A stretch of DNA of 64,000 nt from the NCBI GenBank assembly GCA_965206075.1, contig CBDBIS010000001.1, positions 104,274-168,273 on the forward strand, given 5' to 3'. This document shows, piece after piece, positions 56,901 through 64,000 of this stretch. The first letter of the stretch is position 1. Each line of letters opens with the position of its first letter. The notes beneath the pieces were generated by a model. It did no database searches. It saw only the letters and a list, made by a program, of their open reading frames with translations, and was not told where the DNA came from. Position numbers and translations under genes: made by a program. The stretch comes from Alphaproteobacteria bacterium. GTDB lineage: Bacteria; Pseudomonadota; Alphaproteobacteria; Bin95.

Positions 56901-59900
56901 AAGGCGCTCAAGGTGAAGCTCACCTTCACCGACGACGGCGGCAACGCCGAGGAGCGCGACGGCGACCCGACGGACGTGGCGGTGGCGAACACGGCGCCGG
57001 CCTTCACGGAGACGGCCTATTCGTACACGGTGCCGGAGAACAGCGCGGGCGGCGTCAATGTCGGCGCCCCGCTGGCGGCGACGGACGCCGACACCAGCGA
57101 CACGGTGACCTTCCTCGAGGCCCTGGGCGGGGCGGACGCGGACTCGTTCGAGTTCGACGCGGCGACGGGCCAGATCACGACGAAGGAGGGCGTCACCTAC
57201 GACTTCGAGGAGAAGAACGCCTACACGGTGGAGGTGACGGCCACCGACGGCGTGGACGAGACCGTGGCCACGGTCAGTATCGCCCTCGGCGACCTGCCGG
57301 CGGTGAGCCTGTCGTTCGCGCAGGAGACCTATCTCTTCTCGGACGGGCTGATCGGGGGCACGGTGTCGGCGACGCCGGCGCCGGATGCGGACCTCGACGT
57401 CGGCGTGACCGTCACCCAGACCGAGGCCTGGGTCCAGGACGCCAGTCTCAAGCAAACGCTGTCCTACATCGCGATCGACCGGGAGTGGATACAGCCAGAG
57501 TTCGGCCTGAACGCCGCCCATCCGGCGATGAGCGGCACCGTGACGGTGTCGCTGGACGCGCCGGAGGCGGGCGCGGCCTACGAACTCGACGCGGACGCCG
57601 CGTCCGCGACCCTGACGCTCGAGGCGCGGCAGGTGACGGCGTTTGCGCAGGGGCTCTTCCGGGTCCGGGAGGATGCCGGCACGGCGACGGTGACGCTGGT
57701 GGCCGAGGCGCCTCCCGACACGTCTCCGCGCCAGCTGTACCGCATGGACTGGACCACGACGGAGGACCAGGCGAAGGCGGGCAGCGACTTCACGGCCTCG
57801 GGCGGGACGGCGCGGTTCGGCACCTCCGACGCGCCCTTCACGCAGGAGTTTCCCGGAGCCGTCTGGCGGTCGACCCTGGACATCGAGATTCCCATCCTGG
57901 ACGACAATGACATCGAGTCGCCGGAGCGGTTCTTCGTGACCCTGTCGTCCGGGACGGACACCCACGCGCTGTTCCGGCCCGCCAACGGCGACGCGAGCCT
58001 GTGCGCGGACAACCCGCCGGGGGTCAACTGCGGCGCCGAGGTGACGATCTTCGACGAGGACCGCCCCGCCGGCACCTGGGACGCCCCGGCGAACCTCCGG
58101 GCGGCGGCGGCGGGGGACGAGTCGATCGACCTGACCTGGACCGCGCCGACGGGCGCCGGGCTCGATCCCGCCCCGAACCCCATCCTCGGCTACCGGATCG
58201 AGGGTTCGGCGGACGGCCTCACCGGCTGGACGGTGGAGGCCGAGAACACCGGCAGCACCGCCACGGCGTTCACGGCCACCGCGAACCTCGGCTCCGCGAC
58301 GACGCGCCACTACCGGGTGTCGGCGGTGAACGAGCCGGTCGCGGGCGCGCCGATGGCGGGCTCGCCGTCGAACGTGGCCAAGGCCACCACCACCGACGGG
58401 GCCCCGGCGGCGCCCACCGGGCTCACGGCGACGCCCGTCCCGGCCGCTTTCGGGGCCGCCGACACGGCCATCGCGCTTGAATGGACCGCGCCCACGGACG
58501 AGGGCACCTCGGCGATCACCGGCTACCGGATCGAGTGGTCGGCGGACGGCGGCGACCCGTGGACGGCCATCGCGCCGGACCTCGGCGCCGCGGCCAGGGC
58601 CTACGAGGACGCCGGGCTGGCCTCGGAGACCGTGCGCCACTACCGGGTCCGGGCGATCAACGACTCCGGCGCGAGCCCGGCCTCGGATGTCGAGAGCGCC
58701 ATCAGCGCCGACATCGTGGCGCCGGCGCCGTTGTTGGCGGCGGTCAATGCGGCCGGCGACGCCATATGGATCACCTTCGACGAGAGGCTCGACGGGACGG
58801 CGGCCAACCTGCCCCCGCGGGACCGCTTCACGCTCACCGCCGCGGACGGGGCGGTGCTGCGGATCGAATCGGTCGCGGTCTCCGGGGGGGTGGTGACGCT
58901 CGCGCTCGCGGACGGGCCCGAGGGCGAGGTCGCGGCGACGGTCAGGCAGGGCCAGGTCCTCACGCTCGCCTACCGCGATCCGACGCCGAGAGACGACACG
59001 CGGGCGCTCCAGGACGACGACCCGGGCAACGATGCGGCGGACTTCACGTTCGGGCCGGACGAGGCGGTCGCGGTGACGAACGGCTCCACCGTCGCGCCGA
59101 CGGCGCCGGGGGCGCCGCGGAACGTCACGGCCGGGCCCGGGTCGACCCAGGACGCCATCGACGTGGCCTGGGATGCGCCGGCGGACACCGGCGGCCGGGC
59201 GATTACCGACTATGTGGTGGAGGTGTGCGCGGCGGACTGCGGCGTGGAGGCGAACTGGAGCGCCGCGCCGGGGGACACGGTGAGCACGGCCACGGCCTAC
59301 ACCCACACCGGCCTGATGATCGGCGACGAGCGGTCCTACCGGGTGAAGGCGAGGAACGAGGTGGGCGACAGCGTCCTGTCGGAGGTCCGGTTGGGCCAGG
59401 CGATCGAGCCGCTCGGCCGGGTGGACCTCGCGGTGGGCCCGGCGGCGGCCGAGGGCGGGCGGATCGAGTGGACGCTGACGGCGACGACGGAGGAGAACGT
59501 GCGCCCGGCGGCGGACTTCTCGCTCGGCGTGCAGGTGATGTCGGCGGACGGCACGGCGACGGCGCCGTACGACTACGCGGCGGTGGACGAGACGGTGACC
59601 TTCGGGCGCGGGGACTTCACCCAGCGCACGGTGGACGGGGAGAGGCGCTGGGTGGCGGAGCGCCGCGGCACGGTGGCCATCGAGGACGACACCCTGGCGG
59701 AGAACGCGGAGTCCTTCGCCCTGGAGGCGACGGTGACGGATGTCGTCGGCACGCGCTACGTCGACGGCGAGGTGGCGGCCGGGGCGGAGATCGAGGCGAG
59801 CGACCCGTGGGGGATCGCGGTGACGGCGGCGCCCCTGGAGGTGGCCGAGGGCGAGACGCGCGAGGTGACGCTGACGGCCCGGGTCGTGTCTCCGGGCGCC

Positions 59901-62900
59901 GGGCCCACGGACTGCGTCGCGGACTTCGAGGTGGAGGTCGAACTGGCCGTGGGCGGCACGGCGGAGGATCCGGCGGACTACGCGCTCGACGGCGAACTCC
60001 GGGCGCAGACGATCGCGGCCTGCGACACCGCCGGGGTGACGTGGACGGTGGACCTCGCCGCGGCGCTGGACGGCGCGGACGACGCGGACGAGACGGTGGT
60101 CTTCACGCCGACGGTGCTGAACGCGCCGCCGGTGGCGGCGGACCCCGGCCAGGCCGCGGCGGCGGCGGTCACGGTCACCGAGGATCCGGCGGTGCTCCCG
60201 AACGTCGCCGCGCTCGACGTCGAGGAGGGCGGCACGGCGTCCTACACGCTGGTGCTGGCGAAGCGCCCGACGGGGAACGTGACGGTGACCCCGTCGGTTT
60301 CGGGGGCGGCGGACGTGAGCCCGGTGACGATGCGGGTCGTCTTCACGCGCGCCAACTGGAACGTGCCGCAGGCGGTGACGCTGCGGGCCGGCGAGGACGG
60401 CAACGACACCGACGAGACGGCGGTGGTGACGCACGCGGTGTCGGGGGCGGACTATGCCGGGGCGAGCACGACGGACGTGACCGTGACGTCGATCGACAAC
60501 GACATCTCCTACGGGACGATGACGGCGGCGATCTCGGGCGGCGCCTGGGGCAAGACCGACCCGCCGCCCGAGGTGCATTACGGCGAGCCGTTCAAGGTGG
60601 AACTGCGCTGGTCGAAGAACCGCACGGGCAACGCGGCGAACCCGCGGAGGGCGATCGGCGACGACGCGGCGATCCGGGTGCGCGGCGGGACCGCGCGTCC
60701 GGTGGACTGCCCGTATGCCGCCGGGCCGACCTGCGGCTCGGTGCAGGTGCTGGAGCTCATCCCCGCCGGGACGGACGACGTCGTCCTGACGCTGGAGCCG
60801 CTCGACTGCCGGGACAACAACCCGAAGGCGCTCTGCGGCTTCGAGGACGGGACCTCGCGCTACACGGGGCTCGCCAAGCGCCAGCGCTGGACCTTCCGGG
60901 GCATCGGCGAGCCGCCGGCGGCGCCGTCGAACCTGATCGTCGAGGAGGAGGTCTCGACGCAGCGCACCCGGGTCAACGGGGAGTGGGTCGAGGAGGTTCT
61001 GTCGCGGGCGCTCTATGCGAAGTTCGACAGCGGGGCGGGGCTCGTCCGCTGGCAGGTCGAGGCGCGGACGGCGGGCGGGAGCTGGGACGATGCGCATACG
61101 TTCGAGGGCCCGAGGAATGTGGGCGCGCAGCAACGGGTCCGGCTCGAGGGGCTCGCTGTCGGCGCCGAGTGGGACATCCGGGCGCGCTGGCGGAACGGCA
61201 ACGAAGACCTCGGCTGGGGTCCCTGGGCGGTGGCCCGGTGGACGGATGCGGCGCTGCTCCCTGCGCCTGCGGGGCTCGCGGTTGCCGGCGGCGATGACGG
61301 GCGCTCGGTGACGCTGACCTGGACGGCGTCGGCGTCGGCGGCGCGCTACCAGTACCGGCTGTTCCGGTCGTCCCGTGCGACGGGCGACTGGATGAACATT
61401 CCGTCGAGCGGCTCCGGGGGCGCGAACCGGACTTCGTTCGCCGTCGGCGGCGAGACCGGGATCTGGGAGATTCGGGCCCAGCTTCGTGCGATCGACTATT
61501 CCGGCCGGCCCGGCGCGGCCTCGGCCGCCGCGCGGGTTCCGGTGGAGGCGCCGCGGGTGCTGCCCGGGCGGATTGCGGTGACGTCGGACCCGGGCGCGGA
61601 CGGGCGCTACGCGGCGGGCGACCCGATCACGGTGCGGGTGACGATGAGCCGGCCGGTGCGGCTTGCGGACACATCCACGCTGCCGAAGGTGACGCTGGGC
61701 GAGGGCTATGCGCGGCGCTCGGCGAAGCTGGCCCGGATCGACCAGCCGGGCCAGGGGAGCGTCGGCATCGACATCGATTCGGGGGTCGCCGGCACCGGCA
61801 CGGACCTCTACTTCGATTTCACGGTGCGGGAGGGTCTGGTGGACCTGGACGGCATCTCGATTCCCGCCGGGGGCCTCGCGCTCGATGGCGCGGAGCTCGT
61901 GGATGCGACCGCCGAGGGCGCCGGCGCCGCGGCCACGTTCTCGCTCTCGGCGGGCAGGAACTTCCCGAACCACAAGGTGGACGCGGCGGTGCGGCGGATG
62001 ACCGCCGTCGAGCGGCTCGGGCGCCATGTGTGGGTGCACTTCGACCGGGACCTCGACCCGGAGACGGCGCTCGACGGGACCGGGCGCCACCAGTTCGACA
62101 TCGCCTACACGGCTGCGCGGCCGGTCGGGCATGCAGTCGCCGAGGCGCTGATCGTGAAGGGGCGCGGCGTGCAGGCCTGCGCCGTGGCGCGCGCGGGCGC
62201 CGCCGCCGAGGCGGGTTGCCGGACGGTGCGTCTCACCCTGGGGCCGCTCCGGCGGACGAACCGGGACGGGCGGGGCCGGCTGGTCCCGGTGAACCCGGAG
62301 ACCTGGCCGCTCGAAACGCACCCGGCGGACGAGCCGTGGCACGACGATACGGTGACGGTGAGCTACACGCCGGCCTGCACGGACGAAGGTTGCGGGACGC
62401 TCGCGAAGTACCGGCTGAAGGGCTACGCCGGGAGCGAGGCGGAGGCGTTCAGCGGCGAGGTGGCGGTGCGTCTCGGCGGGAGCGCCACGCCGCAGATCAC
62501 GGTCGGGGACGCCGACGGTGTCGAGCCGGTGTGCGGCGACGCAAGTCAGCCGGGCTGCACGGACGCGAGGAGGCTGCGGTACGTCGAGTTCCCGGTGCGG
62601 CTCGTGCCGGGCGCGCGCGGGGACGTGACGGTGGACTACGCGACGGCGAACGGCTCGGCGAAGGCGGGCGAGGATTACGAGGAGACCTCGAACACGCTCC
62701 GGTTCTTCAGCGGCGAGACCGAGCGGACGATCCGGGTGCGGATCCTGTTCGACGGCAGGGAGGACACCGGAGAGCAGTTCACGCTGACGCTCTCGAACCC
62801 GACCGGGGACGCGGCGCTCGCCGACGGCGAGGCGACGGGCACGATCCGGAACTCCGAGGTGGCGCTCCAGGCGTGGTTCGGCTCGCTGCCGGCGGCCCAT

Positions 62901-64000
62901 GACGGGACGGGCCCGTTCACGGTGCGGCTGACCTTCAGCGAGGCGCCGGACCTGGACGCGGCGTCGCTGCCGGGGGCCATCGGGGTTACCGGCGGCCAGG
63001 TGACGGAGGCGCGCCAGGCCGAGGCCGGACAGGCGCTGGCCTGGGACGTGGACGTGACGCCGTCGTCGGACGCGGCAGTGACGCTGGCGCTGGCGCCGGC
63101 TTCGGACTGCGAGGCGGCGGGGGCGCTCTGCACGGAGGACGGGCGCACGCTCGAGGCGCCGGTGGAGGCGGTGGTGCCGGGGCCGGCGACGCCGGTCTCG
63201 GCGGTGCGGGTGACGTCGGCGCGGCTCACTTCGGGCCCGGGGGAGAACGGGACCTGGGACGAGGGCGAAACGGTGACGGCGGAGCTGGTGTTCAGCGGCC
63301 CGGTGACGGTGACCGGGGCGCCGACCCTGGGGCTCCTGCTGGACGGCGTCCGCCGGGAGGCGGTGCTGGCCAGCGGTTCCGGCACCGGCACGCTCGCGTT
63401 CAGCCATGCGGTGACGGCGGCGGACGACGGCGCCGAAAAGGTGCGGCTGGCGCCGGACGGGCTGACGCTCGACGGGGCGGCGCTGGAGGACGGCGAGGCC
63501 ATGGCGGTGGATCCGGGCTTCGCGACAGCGCCATACGTGACCGGCGCGGCGGTGCTGGCGGACGCTTCGGGCGACGGGGTGTGGACCGCGGGCGAGACCA
63601 TGGCGGTGCGCCTCGTGTTCAGCGAGGCGGTGACGGTCACCGATCCCGCGCCCACGGTGGACCTGCTGCTGGATGGCATTCCGGTGCCGTTGCAGCTCAC
63701 CTACACGTCGGGCTCGGGGAGCGCGACGCTGGTGTTCTCCGAGGAGGTGCTGGGCGGGTCGTTCCCGGACATCGAACTGGTTGCGGACAGCCTGCACCTC
63801 CGGGGCGGGCGGATCGTGTCGGCGGCGAGCGGCCTGGCGGCGGAACGCGGCCATCCGGGCGCGGACGGCGCAGAGGCGGTGGACCCGGACGAAACGGTGG
63901 AAGGACCCGCGCTGACGGCGGCGTTCGCCGGGATGCCGGAGAGCCACGGCGGGGAGGCCTTCGCCTTCGAGCTCGCCTTCAGCGAGGCGCCGGACCTGGA
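51000..64000 (+). CDS. giant repeat-rich cell-surface protein (FN3, Calx-beta and Ig/cadherin-like domains), 3'-truncated by window edge; reading frame broken at >=4 homopolymer sites
   Basis: Signal-peptide-like 'ALPLLSLVSLLLLALPPLVPEAKAQ'. Two ~130-aa repeats ('DDDFDLKDTTYTVWRLTQNSDNDPNFWVTFTVAAGRPAAVTRLEGESELILRLMD') plus a degenerate third. Repeated 'YQWLRVDG...ETEIDGATAETY' modules. FN3 domains ('TGYRIEWSADGGDPWT...HYRVRAIN'). Calx-beta ('DYATANGSAKAGEDYEETSNTLRFFSGETERTIRVRI'). Frame switches near ~53000-53300, ~53460, ~54400 (C-run) and ~55330 (G-run), then one continuous frame from 55350 to 64000 with no stop. The 2568-aa minus-strand ORF is its antisense. Confidence 0.65.

Noticed and set aside
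56241-63947. 2568-aa minus-strand ORF
   Set aside because: Arg/His/Gly-rich low-complexity translation with no domains. It is the antisense of the plus-strand surface-protein reading frame, which has clear FN3 and Calx-beta domains and GC3 bias. The plus-strand gene is missing from the ORF track only because it has no stop inside the window.
1-64000. tRNA, rRNA or tmRNA genes
   Set aside because: No cloverleaf-compatible segments or conserved T-loop GTTCRANYC motifs were found by eye. Not claimed without a tRNAscan-type search.

Overview
High-GC (~70%) alphaproteobacterial-type chromosomal segment. No tRNA, rRNA or CRISPR array was recognised. A recurring pattern across the window is single-nucleotide frame breaks at homopolymer or GC runs, which suggests base-calling errors rather than true pseudogenes; affected genes are flagged below. 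Exact coordinates read by eye may be off by 1-3 nt.

From left to right the window contains:
(1) A small operon of SDR dehydrogenase, MarR regulator and aryl-CoA ligase, with a divergent GST, an Ldh_2-family dehydrogenase, and an arsR-arsP (DUF318 permease) pair.
(2) A group II intron with an endonuclease-less reverse transcriptase/maturase gene, inserted in the AT-rich arsR promoter region.
(3) A ~12.5 kb molybdate/tungstate uptake island bracketed by ~1.1 kb inverted repeats whose outer part is a copy of the 3' end of the neighbouring large serine recombinase gene. It carries modABC, tupBCA, a MOT1-family transporter, a FecBCD-type ABC transporter and an HTH_17-PBP regulator. Five arrays of a CATGACA heptad at 10-bp phasing sit in the duplicated promoter modules.
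(4) An integrative mobilizable-element-like block: large serine recombinase, XRE and HU regulators, a triple cold-shock-domain protein, a tandem zinc-ribbon protein, SSB, a DUF2493/SLOG protein, MobC-like RHH, higBA, a frameshifted TrwC/TraA relaxase, and IS630 copies.
(5) An EPS/LPS locus: frameshifted LuxR-type regulator, sugar phosphotransferase, sulfotransferase, GT2, Wzy/O-antigen-ligase-TPR protein and galE.
(6) The start of a giant repeat-rich surface protein (FN3, Calx-beta and Ig-like domains) that runs off the window and contains several homopolymer frame breaks.

A 265-bp palindromic MITE-like repeat occurs twice (2582-2846 and 48882-49144).
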